NCBI RefSeq assembly: GCF_009914755.1
Contig: NC_060926.1
Source: the human T2T-CHM13v2.0 reference genome, Homo sapiens
Strand: one strand, 5' to 3'
DNA: 64,000 nt
The notes under the pieces are model-generated. The model was given only the letters and a program-made list of their open reading frames with translations, was not told the origin of the DNA and searched no databases. Below are positions 1 through 14,521 of this stretch, piece by piece. Numbering within the stretch: position 1 is the first letter of the stretch; the number at the start of each line of letters is the position of its first letter. The position numbers were made by a program, and so were the translations under genes.

Positions 1-274
<274 letters not shown>

Positions 275-1191
275 AACAAACTTTTATAGGACTTCCTAAA
301 GTTCTCTGTTTGCAGAATCCTTTAAGAGAAAGTGGGACTTTACATAGGAAAACATTTGTAAATTGTAATAAAATATTGCACACAGAAAACTCATTCAAAA
401 CGTCTAGAGGAAAGCCTGGTGACTATTGGAGGCTATGAGAGGTGAACTAAAACAACAATGTACCATAAAACAAACAAAACAGAAGCTCCGGGTAGGAAAG
501 GCCACAGAAATTAAATAATTTTCTTCCCACTTATCCCTACCTTGAAAATCTTACCTATTGCTTAATAGCTATATTAAATTTCAAATTTTCTGAAATACCA
601 AACTGAGTTTCTGCAGGTTAGGTGCACTTTGCCAGATTTCCACATTTAAGTCAGGTTCCTCTCTTCCTTTAGCAAAACTCTTTAGCACTTTTCTACCAAA
701 TGTAAACATGGTTTTGTATAATATTGTCATTCATCTGAGAGACAAACTAAACTGTTACATGTGGGCATTATGTTTTAGATGTACCATACTTGCCCATGAG
801 ATCACCAACTCTATGTCAAAACCACATTAAAATAAGAATCTACTGTCAAATTTTCCTTGTTTTTGTTTTGATTGTAGTTAGGAAGAACTGAATTAAAATG
901 TTATTGTAACCATTCTTCAATCTCTGTCTTTCTATCTTTCTTGTTCTGTCATTATTCCTTTATTCTTCTTCCTCAATTCATAGATGTTAAATGTGTGTAC
1001 CTGCCAGGGAAAAAAGTACTGAAAAGTGACTGTTTACTGACAGGTTTTTATTTTCTGACCAGTATTAGTAAGATAAAACAACTTTTAAAAAGAGCTATAA
1101 GAAGAATTTTAACTTATTGTTATTATTTCCTTTTGATTGTACTGTTCAGAACACTTTAGGAAATGACTACCTTCTTTTCATTGGCAAATTC

Positions 1192-1485
1192 TTTTTTTTT
1201 TTTGAGATGGAGTCTCGCTTTGTCGCCCAGGCTGGAGTGCAGTGACACGATCTCGGCTCACTGCAAGCTCCGCCTCATGGATTCATGCCATCCTCCTGCC
1301 CCAGCTTCCCAAGTAGCTGGGACTACGGGCACCCGCCACCACGCCCGGCTAATTTTTTTGTATTTTTAGTAGAGATGGGGTTTCACCATGTTAGCCAGGA
1401 TGGTCTTGAGCTCCTGACCTTGTGATCCACCCACCTCGGCCTCCCAATGGTCTGGGATTACAGGCGTGAGTCACCACACCCGGCC
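1192..1485 (-). mobile_element. AluY-like
   Basis: gcaagctccgcc and ttagccaggatggtc diagnostics; TSD CAAATTCTT at 1185-1193 and 1488-1496. Confidence 0.93.
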
Positions 1486-3311
1486 AACAAATTCTTAAAA
1501 ATATAAAAGTTTATATGTAATAGAAAAAAATTGAGGCTGCTGTAGATGGAGCAAATAAAGAAAAAAAGGAGGAAGACTTGTTTAAAAATGTAAATTAATC
1601 AAGCTTGTTTCAACCTATTCATGCTTAGTTGCTAATATTATCACCTAGCTAGTACTTTCATGTTGAAAATTGTTTATACTCCCGAGACTGTTTTAAGTAA
1701 GATGACAACCAGGCAAAATTCTAGAGTTGTACGTGAGTATGGAAATAAATACAAAGTGTCTCGTGCCAGTACCATTGCTTCTTGTAGACATAGCCAAAAT
1801 AGCTCCTAAAAAATGTTCATGAGATTCCTCAAAAGAGCATATTTATCTATTTTCAAGTGCTGGATGGGATAGTTTCTCTGCCTCAAGAGTTTTCACAAGC
1901 AATGGTGACATCTTCAAATTTCAGTCTAGTGGGCTTGAAATATTTTTGGAGAAGACAGTATGCATTCAAAACCATTCCTTTTTTTTTATTATAATGTGAA
2001 AATTCTGTTTTGACACAATTTCTTCATTTCTTCATGACAATTTGCACACACAGTTTAAATTATTTCCCATTATTTAATTGTATTCTTTGGGCTTCTCTGA
2101 AACACATAAATATTAAGGATAGATTAATGCCAGAGAGTATGTCCAAAATACTGCTGGCAAGAATAATGTGACCAAAGGGAATTATCTTTGATAGAGGAAA
2201 GATTGAGATACAGTTAAGTGGAAAAGGGAGGGGATTGTTTCTAGGCTAGTAACTGAATGGTCTCTATTCAGAATGAGATTTTGTTATAATAATAATAATA
2301 ATTTATGAAAGGTTTTCTTTTTATTGTTAAGCTTTCTTTTCATGATATAAGTGAGATTTTAACTTTCAAATTTTTTTGTAGGACTCCTGATTTTGTGATA
2401 TGTGGCCTTAAAGATTCTAAAAGTATCTGTATTGGCACAGATTCCTCTATTTCAGAACATTCTATATGTTGCAAAATAATTTTGTAATATAAATCAATAA
2501 GCACTTATTAAGTGACTATAGACATATATTCTAGAAAATACTTTGGATAATATATCTGAAGTCTGATTTTATACTTTTAATTTTTAGAAATTGACTCTTT
2601 GGTGGCAGTTTCTTTGAGAGCCTTGTGTGCTGTTTTAGAGGTTAAGTTATGGCGTACCCTATATTTTGTAGAACACTGACACCCTGTGAAAAACAACATA
2701 GTATTCCCAGGTTAAAATGGAAAACTAATGCTTTCCCCACTTCACAGACCCTACATTAATTTTATAATGAAAATATTTTTCATTTAAAATTTTTCTCTAA
2801 GAGCTGCCCATTTTTGAGAGACACTGACTTTTATTGTTTAGGCTTTTGGGCTATGGTGGCATTGCCAGAGGGAGCCAGAATTTGATCAGCATAAGGAAAT
2901 TGCAAGGCATGGTTTTAAAAATTAATGTACGTGGTTCAATAAAGAGTGGTAATTTGAAAGGATCCAGCAGAATGCAGATAGAAGATGGGGAACTGGGCAT
3001 TGGAAGTTCTGGTGGTATAGGTAGCTGAGCCACATATGGACACAATGAAGGAAGGTGGATGACAGAAGCAAGAAATGCATCAATAATTGTTGCTGAAAGG
3101 AACAATTTTTTTCTCTCAGTTTTGGGGAATGAGTTGAAGGAACAACCCAGCAAAAGCAAAAGGAAAGTTCAAAGTTAAAAACAAACCAGGGGCACACAAG
3201 CAGCAAAGGGGAGCTGAGAGGAACCTGGGAAAGTCCTCATTTATTTGCAAGTTCTTGGTGATCCTTGACATGATGTGAACTTGACTGCTGTAACTTACAG
3301 GGAAAAATACA

Positions 3312-3910
<599 letters not shown>

Positions 3911-4691
3911 CTTACACATTTAACTACACCTTTGCAAGTATTTGTGATTATCTTGATCATTCCATTAACAGGGACACTCAACTACACTTAATCTACAGTA
4001 GGTCCAATATCTTGTTCATATTGTTTTTAGTAGTAGAGATAGTAGGATTGAGGGCAGATTCAGAAGAGCAGGTAAGCAAACATCTTCTTGCTCAAAACTA
4101 GTATTCAGTAAAAAGAAATGAGGTGAAGAAAATTTGGCAAACTGTCTTCTGAGACATAGGTTTTCTTGGAATTTTACCCACATGTCAGTATGGAAAGAAA
4201 TCAAGATTGCATTTTTCCACCTATTAGGGAAATCAACACACACTAAGACAGAAGGGAAAAGATCATTTTTAATAAATTTGACCAACTGTGGTTCTTAGGG
4301 CAAAAAAACTGTTCTTCTCTGAGTTATTAATACCTAAATAACAAAGTGGGATTGGAAAAGGCCCAGATATAGGTATATAAGTACAGATAACAGTTAACAG
4401 CATGCCAACCATTGCTCAAAAGAAAATGTGAGAAAGACAAGAGTCTATCCCTGGGGTTCACATTGCCTTAACCTGGGTTCTTGGACCTTTCTATCTTCAC
4501 TAAAATATGTTTCAACTTATGATCAATTATGAGTACAAGAGAGCCAGAGGGTTTTTTTTTTTTTTTTTTTGGTTCAGGGTGCACAATTGCAGCTTTGAAA
4601 TTCTTTTACATTTTCATTCTTCATGCTGATGAGTCAGTGCAGATTTATATTACCATGTTATTATGGATAGTGGAGACTGTGTCTCCTTGAA

Positions 4692-4804
4692 AGTAACGGC
4701 ATGTGATTGCTTACTCCATTACTTTCAATGGGACTCAGTCGTTGCCATCCTTAGGGACTCAATCCCATTGAAAGTAATAGTCTGAGACTGCCCACATTGT
4801 TACC
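4692..4804. repeat. Inverted repeat / hairpin in unique sequence
   Basis: ATTACTTTCAATGGGA (4718-4733) is the exact reverse complement of TCCCATTGAAAGTAAT (4763-4778), with further imperfect pairing inside and outside. Confidence 0.9.
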
Positions 4805-5174
4805 GTGCTTTAAATTGGCTTGAATTTATACTAAGCAGTATGGGCTAGCCACAGAAGTCTCACTTTTAAATGATGTAGAGTTGATCAAGTTTTTTGGCCA
4901 GCATTTAGAAAGTTTAACTGCCTGTTTGGAGAGTATATTCTTATTATTTAAACCATCCATTTCTGAATATTGAAATGTTTTGACATTTAGCCTCTGAACT
5001 ATTAGAGAAATTCACAACATTGCAAGAAATTGTTTTTAAACTTTAATCCTTTCTTAAATATGCTGTATTCTGGCATTTCAGGAAAAGAGAATTCTTTTGC
5101 CTGGACATTAATTAGGTTAATGTTTTTACAATAATAACTAAAGTATATTTTTAGAGCTAAAAAGAAACTCCACA

Positions 5175-5270
5175 ATATCACATTTTAGATGAGGAAGCTG
5201 AAGTTTAAGGTAATTTGACATGGGTCAAGGTCACAAGGCAGACTAATAGCAAAGCAGAGACCAGAATGGC
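5175..5270 (-). mobile_element. MIR fragment
   Basis: cattttagatgaggaagctgaag...caaggtcaca matches the reverse-complement MIR core. Confidence 0.6.
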
Positions 5271-6310
5271 TCTGTGCAGGATTATCCAATCCCATTTAAA
5301 TCTTTAGAATTAGTCTATTTTTATTCTTAAATATACTAGTGAGTTGTTTCAAGATAAATTGCACATTAGTACTCACACTTAAGTGATAACACATTTTAAT
5401 TTTTCTCCATAAAACAAACATTTTAAGATCCTGTTAGCATAAAATACCTTTCTGGTAAAAACATTCATGGAGTTTGAAGTGGGGTAGAGGAGAAAGAAGG
5501 TATTGCATAGGAGATTGTATAAAATAGTGTTAAAAAACTGCCTCAGGTATATTATCTTTTATATAACTTTGCCCCTATGTTTATGTTGGAGTTTGGGAAT
5601 GCAGAACATACTTTTAAAATCTGTGTTCTGTTATCAAATTGTTGAAATGCCCAGTCTTTTTAGACTACTATAAAAAAGTTTCCATTGTAACCTCTATAAA
5701 ATCAGCAAAGTGTTACTTTATATTTAGTTGCTTTTACAGCTAAAACTTGGACATTCCTTGATATATGTAGCAAATAGTTGATAAAATCATTAAATGTTAT
5801 TGAGTTTGTACCTTGTCATGAAAGCTAATCATTTGTGAATTGAAGGCCTTCCTCTTTATTAGCAGTGCCAATAGTGGAAAGTACTGGCCTCTCCTAGATA
5901 TTCACTGTAACAAAAAAATTCAAAGCCCTGTCAATTATGTGATGAAAATGAGGGAGGTATTAGCTTTGATAATAATAACATAACCAGAAATTTAATTTAT
6001 TATTTTGTTTATTGTCAACATTATTGATGCAAATATTATTGATATATAGATTTTTACCACATATACTTGTATGTAATGCATATCTAACTACTATTTGGAT
6101 AGACAATTGAATTATACATATATTAGTTATGTTACTATGGGAATCGGATGTAACATGAAGGTGTAAATATGGATGTTCTCTAAAATCTCTTCCATTTCTA
6201 GAGTCTATGATTATATGGTTTAAAAAATACGAATTTCAGTCCTAGCAGCTAATTTCCTTTTTATTATATAACAAAATTTTATCCTACAACATTTTTTAAA
6301 AGTAAACTAC

Positions 6311-6670
6311 TAATATGGTTTGGCTCTATGCCTCTACCTAAATCTCACCTTGAATTATAATAATCCCCATGTGTCATGGGAGGGACCCGGTGGGAGGTAA
6401 TTGAACCATGGGGGTGGGTTTTTCCCATGCCGTTCTCTTGATAGTGAATAAGTCTCACGACATCTGATGGTTTTGTAAAGGGCAGTTCCCCTGCACATGC
6501 TCTCTTGCCTGCTGCCAGCTAAGAGGTACGTTTGCTCCTCCTTCACCCTCCGCCATGATTGTGAGGCCTCCCCAGCCATGTGGAACTGTGAGTCCGTTAA
6601 ACCTCTTTTTCTTTATAAATTACCCAGTCTTGGGTATTTCTTCATAGCAGTATGAAAATAGACTAATACA
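6311..6670 (+). mobile_element. THE1 (THE1B/C-type, MaLR) solo LTR
   Basis: t(a)atatggtttggct...gactaataca; perfect 5-bp TSD ACTAC at 6306-6310 and 6671-6675. Confidence 0.93.
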
Positions 6671-6719
6671 ACTACCGCACCAAAAAACGAAAAAACAACT
6701 ATACTACCCTGTGCTCTTA

Positions 6720-6920
6720 CAAGTCAGGGTAGTGGCTACTCTTGGAGTGGGTGTGGTGGTGATTGACAGATGAAGAGATGAAGAGAAGAAGGGGAGATTC
6801 TTGGTGCTATTAATGTTCTGTTTCTTGATCTGGGTGCCGATCATATGATTGTGTTTCGTTTGAGAAAATTCATCAAGCTGTGCACTTTTCTGCAGTTTTG
6901 AAGAAAACTGGATAAAACGT
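6720..6920 (+). mobile_element. Old L1M (L1ME/MC-like) 3' UTR fragment
   Basis: aatgttctgtttcttgatctgggtg...gaaaattcatcaagctgtgcactt motif typical of L1M 3' ends. Confidence 0.65.
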
Positions 6921-7143
6921 TTTGAAATGACATGCAAATATAAAGAACAGGTTTATTCATTTGAAAACATCTGACGTTCCAAGAGACTTAACCTCCTTTT
7001 AAAAGTTCATCTTAGAATTGTTTGTTTGGTTTGTTTTTGGTTTTGTTTTGTAATAGGAGAGGTTGACAAACTATGGCCCCTGGGCCAAATCTGGTCTTTT
7101 GCCTATCTTTGTATAATCTATGAGCTAAGAATGGCTTTTTACA

Positions 7144-7416
7144 TTTTTTTTTTGTCACCCAGTCTGGAGTAAGGTGGCGTCATCTCGGCTCACTGCAACC
7201 TCCGCCTCCTGGGTTCAAGTGATTCTTCTGCCTCAGTCTCCCAAGTAGCTGGAACCACAGGTGCGTGCCACCATGCCCGGCTAATTTTTTTAGTAGAGAC
7301 GGGGTTTGGGATTTCACTGTATTAGCCAGGATGATCTCGATCTCCTGACCTCTTGATCTGCCTGCCTCGGCCTCCCAAAGTGCTGGGATTACAGGCATGA
7401 GCTGCTGCGCCCGGCC
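7144..7416 (-). mobile_element. AluSc-like
   Basis: 18-bp TSD ATGGCTTTTTACATTTTT at 7131-7148 and 7417-7434; lacks the last ~17 nt before the tail. Confidence 0.92.
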
Positions 7417-7462
7417 ATGGCTTTTTACATTTTTAAATAATTGAAACAGAAAAATCAAAAGG

Positions 7463-7757
7463 AGTCTGTGTGTGGTGGTTCATGCCTATAATCCCAGCAC
7501 TTTGGAAGGCCAAGGTGGAAGGACTGTTTGAAGCCAGGTGTTTGAAACCAGCCTGGGCAACACAGTGAGACCCTATCTCTTCAAAGAAAAAAAAAAATTA
7601 GCCAGGCGTGGTGGCAGGTGCCTGTAGCCCTTGCTACTGACAGGGCTGAGGCAGGAGGATGTCTTGAGCCCAGGAGTTGGGCTGCAGTGAGCTGTGATTG
7701 TACCACTGCACTCCAGCCCAGGCGACAGAGGGTGACCCTGTGTACAAACAAACAAAA
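7463..7757 (+). mobile_element. AluJ
   Basis: cttgagcccaggagtt..ggctgcagtgagctgtgat J-type right arm. Confidence 0.92.
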
Positions 7758-7824
7758 GAATAGTATTTTGTGACCCATGAAAATGATATGACATTCAAAT
7801 TTCAGTGTCAAAAAGTAAAGTTTT

Positions 7825-8126
<302 letters not shown>

Positions 8127-9140
8127 GTAAAGTTTTATTGGAACACAGCCACACCCATTTATTCCTATTTTCTCTACCATTTTTTAGCGGGGAGGGGGTC
8201 TGCTTTACTGCATTACAGTTGCTTTTGTATCAAAATAGCAGTCCAAAAATAAGTACAGTCTGGCCTTTTAAGAAAACGTTTGTGGATTTCTGCTAAAGGG
8301 ATCAACTTTAGGGTCAAGGGTAAAATGATACTACTATCATTTAAATGGTATATGAAATAAGGCACTAATTGGCATCATTTAACTTAGATATTACCCACAC
8401 TCACCCAGATACTTATCTTTGGAGCCTACATTCATTGTTTATCAGATTCTGATAGCAAAACCAGGAGAGCCAGCAACCGCATTGGAAAAAAGTATTTTTC
8501 TTGAGGTATTGCTGCTTTCTCTCATGCTTTTATCCTACCAGTTTCTGGCATCCTTACGGGGCCAGTCTATCTCTGCCTTCACAAAATTCCTGCTGACTCA
8601 ATTCATGCCCTTCAGCTGGTAATCTGGTTAATATTGTGCAGTCTTCATGTGGGATCACACCTGCCTTTGTCTTCAAGATGTGAAGTATTGATTTACCACA
8701 AGCACTCTTTGACCTTCAGAAATCTGTTGATAGTTTCTTCCCTTAATGATATGTCCTTGTTAAGGTTATTTCCTCAACTGGTATCAGCCATCTTCTAGAA
8801 ATCATACACACACACACACACACACTCTTACACTTACACAAACATTCAGAGATGTCCATGTTGCCCCATGGGCAATTGTTCTCATATTATTTCTCCTCCA
8901 TCTAGTACATACTTGCAGTTTCCTTGGATATGGTCCATAGTAGTGACCTGACTGATCAGTTGTCATTTTGTTGATGCATCTTTAAGAAATAAGAAAAGAG
9001 GAAGAGCTGTGAGTGCTCAAGTAAAGCCAGGGTCAGAGGAAAACAAAGATAAGGTGCAAAAACTGGATTATTCAGGATTATGAGCATACCAGTTTTTTTC
9101 ATGCATTCTGGTAAGACGGTGAGAAGGTTCTTATAATTTA

Positions 9141-9467
9141 TTTTTCTCCTCTTCTTCTTCTTCTTCTTTTTTTTTTTTTTTTTAATTTTGAGACAGGGTT
9201 TCACTCTGTCACCCAGGCTGGAGTGCAGTGGTATGATCATAGCTCACTTCAGCCTCGATCTCCAAGCAATCCTCTCACTTCAACTTCTTGAGTAGCTGGG
9301 ACTACAGGTACAGGCCAACATGCCCAGCTAATTTTTTAAAAATTTTTTGTAGAGCTGGGGTCTCCCTGTGTTGCACAGGCTGGTCTCAAACTCCTGAGCT
9401 CAAGTAATCTCCACACCTTGGCCTCCGGAAGTGCTGGGATTATAGGCATGAGCCACCATGCCTGGCT
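9141..9467 (-). mobile_element. AluJ with (CTT)n/poly-T tail
   Basis: gatcatagctcact, ctcctgagctcaag J-type diagnostics. Confidence 0.92.
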
Positions 9468-9659
9468 CAGAATTTATAACGTAAATCCACTTAAAAGAGG
9501 AATGGGGGAACCAGCCACCCCAAACTGTAACTATGCCATGATTCTGTAAGTCCTTCTCTTTTTTTTGTCCTCTCTTGTTTATATTTCCATATGGAATGAG
9601 AGCCTATGGCCCTGAGGCAGTTTGTCACAGGTGGCCACTATGCACTCAGAAATGCAGGT

Positions 9660-9870
9660 GATAGCATCTTGTGGCAGTTACGAGCATGGTCTCTGCAGCT
9701 GGAGTCTGGATTCAACCCTCACTGTTCCATTTCCTGGCTGCATGTTATACATTCCTGGACAGTTATACATATATCTACTCAGCACTTCCATTAACTCACC
9801 TAGAATGTGGAGGTGAAATGAATGAATACCAGTGCTTTTGTAGGGTGTTCGGTTCATAACAGTTTTACCA
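9660..9870 (+). mobile_element. MIR (degenerate)
   Basis: gttacgagcatggtctctg...ggattcaacc head and gtggaggtgaaatgaatgaa tail. Confidence 0.55.
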
Positions 9871-9937
9871 TTCTCTCTCAGAAGCCTGAAGAGTCCCCTG
9901 TAGGATGCTCTGGGTGCCAGTATAGAAATAAAGTAGA

Positions 9938-10281
<344 letters not shown>

Positions 10282-10436
10282 CTAGAATTGATCTGTATGA
10301 AGTCACGCTGAATAACATTTTTCTTTTGTTTAAAGCTCAGGTAATCTTCAACTTCTAGAAAAAAGTTTGTGTTTGTAAATGACATCAGACTTAAAATTTA
10401 CATCTTAAAATATTTTAGGCCTTACTCAACATCTCA

Positions 10437-11205
<769 letters not shown>

Positions 11206-13287
11206 TTATTGCAGGATCACGGACTCTGTGTGTGCGTGTGGCTTGGAGCATATATACCATGATCCTTATCAAATCATGCAGGGAATTCAAATCACCGCTG
11301 TGTACGTAAAAATGAACTTATATAGACTACATATCTAAAAATAAATACTATAAACACATATTCATATGTCTTTATAAAAGATGAAATGCCTTAAAATTAA
11401 AATTATGGGATGTAACTTACTGTGTATTCAGTTTAGGATTATTTTTTCGCCTGTTAATAATGCTTATTTTCATGTATCAAGCTTTTATTTTTTTACAATT
11501 TCCAGGAAAAAAAAAAGCGTATTTGTTTTATCCCTTCAAACCTGCATTTCCATTCAAATTTACCTTCTTTATGTTTTTATGTAAGTGAAAATCTACATTA
11601 ATAAGCATATCCATGAGATTTTAAAATGTAAGAGGGATAATTGTTATTGAAATGAATGTTGGGGAGACTTGGATGGAAGTGGCCAGGTGGAAGAACCTCG
11701 GCTGTATTCTGCTCAGGCAGTATGATTCTATTGAAATTTCAAGTCTCTCTGGGGATTTTTTCCAATCAGCCAAAACTCATGATATGAATTTTTGATGGCA
11801 AAATTAGAAAATAAAGCGCCCTTGTCTTTAAAAATAAAATTTGAATTCAAGAAGTGATCTAGTTAGACACTTGTATAAACTAACTTTACATTCATGGCGA
11901 ATGAATCTAACGTAGACAAGAAGTTTCACCTGGTTCCTCATTAATATGATTATATCCTGAGTTGGTGATGAGGTGGGACAGGTTCTGAACTTGCCTATTC
12001 TAACTAATTTATTTCACAATGAGAACCAAGTCAAGTGTATCCACATGAGAACTAGCCATGCCACCTAGGAGAAGTGCATAATTATCCTCAAATAGCCCCT
12101 TACCTTTGGAATGGGACACAAGATCAAATGTGAGTCAAGTTATTCAACCTGGAGTTGGCTTTCCCCTAGCCCCTCCCTCCTTTGTACAGGGCTAATGCAG
12201 ACAAATGCTCTAATCCTCCCATCCTGAGGTTGGCAGTTAGCCAGCTGCAGGGACATTAGCTCCTCATTAGCACCTTGTCATCTGCCCACAAATCCACATC
12301 CCAGAACAAAGTAAAGTGCCTGTCCCATTTGAAGCTTTGGCTATTGAAAAAATGAATGCCAGTCCGTGGGGTTCCTTATGGTTTTATGAGTTAGGAGTAA
12401 AACAGAAATTCATGTTATTTAGATTTAAGAGATTAATGGCATGTTGGTCAGCAGATTATATATTATGGTATACTTTGATAAATTCAGATTTTAAAACTGA
12501 CCTTTATTTCCAAATCATTTGGAAATAGTCTTTTATTTTTCCTTTAGAATATTATCTTTATTACTAAGATAGCATTAGAAAGTTGCAGAGTAACAAAAAG
12601 GAGAGATGTTCTCAGAAGTAAGTCTGAAATGTTCTGGACAAGCACAGGAGTTTAGCTTGTTATAAATTCTTTGCAATATTGAATAGGTGAAGACCATTTG
12701 ATAAAGAAGCAATTCTCATTAACACCTCCCTTTTTCTTTGTAGAACCTGTCTCATTCTGTGGTTGCAAAATGTGTATATCTGGGAACATGTGCATCAGTA
12801 AAAGCTTTGCAGTTAAGTCTCTCCAAATCTTTTTTTGTGGTCATTTCAGCCATCTGAACCATCAATTTTGGTTACTGCAAAAGCTAATCCTTTGGCTCAA
12901 AGCACAGCTAACGGAAAGAGGGTTGAGAATTCTGAATGCGGTGTCTTGCATTTGGTTTTGTTCCTGCATGTAGGAATAGCTGAGAAACATTTCTTTTAGT
13001 TCTGCAAACATGCTGTTACTCTCAGCCACACCCCCCAGCACTTGCAGAGCTCAGCTGTCGATGCAGCCAAGTTTGCTGTTCGCTTCCGATGGTGAAGCAT
13101 TTTCCCCCATTGTATATCTTGTGCCTTACTATCTAATGCTTTAAATGCCTACTTTGATTTGTGGCTGTCTGTTAAGGCCTTGGATGTGCCTTTAAAAGGA
13201 ATACAACTTTTCTGCTGATACAAAAAAATTTTAGATCTCAGATTTTCACCTTTGCCTCCACCCACTTAAGGTCTGAGAATTGGACAG

Positions 13288-13850
13288 TATGGAGGAGAAA
13301 GCATATCTTTCCCTTCTCATCTAAGGTTCATTGACTGGGGCCCCTATAACGAAACACAGATTAACGAGAGAAAATCACACATATGTTTTAAATGTAAGCT
13401 TTGTGTGATATGGGAGCCTTCATGAGGAAATTAAGACCCAAAGAAGCAGCTAAACTGTAGAGCTTTTTATACTGTAGTAGGTTTGATGTAGAGTGGACAG
13501 TCATGGAGAAATATAATTGGACAAAGGGGGTATGATCTAATGATAATAAACTAGGGGAGAACTTAGCAACACCCGTTTGTTCAGATTTTTCTTTGTGATC
13601 CTGTGTCTTCAGAGATAAGGCTGCTCTTTTCCTCCAGGTATAGAGAGAGCATCTCTCACATGAGGGTTTTATGGCCTGCATTAGGGGAGGGTCAGAAAAT
13701 CCTTCCTAGGTTTTATGACCTGTTTTAGTGGAGAAAAGCAGGGGAAGGTCAGGGAGACCTTCATGCAAATACTGTTTCTCAAATTTCTTCAGCTTAAAAT
13801 TTTCCATCTGTCAAGGTGCCATATTTTGGAGTAGCATGTCCTAAGCCGCA
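13288..13850 (-). mobile_element. MER34-family (ERV1) solo LTR
   Basis: Minus-strand start ...ggacatgctactccaaaatatggcaccttg...tttaagctgaagaaatttgagaaa; 4-bp TSD ACAG at 13284-13287 and 13851-13854. Confidence 0.8.
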
Positions 13851-14152
13851 ACAGTAACTGAGGAGTAATGGTTAATTGCTATATTTTGTAATTTCCACTT
13901 CAGCTCAAATTCTGGCCTGCCAACAAGCTTAGTTTCTTTTAGGGCTCATCTAATTTCAGTACTTTGAATCAATGCCAATCTGTACCTCCATACACAATAA
14001 TACAAATTGATTCTATAGGAAATGATGCAATGATGAGATTGGTCAGTGTCCCAAAACAGGCAGCCTACTTTGTTGGAATGGAAACATTACAACTTTATAA
14101 GACAGGCTTATACATTCCAGATCACTGAAAGATTTTAGGATACATTTAATAG

Positions 14153-14521
<369 letters not shown>

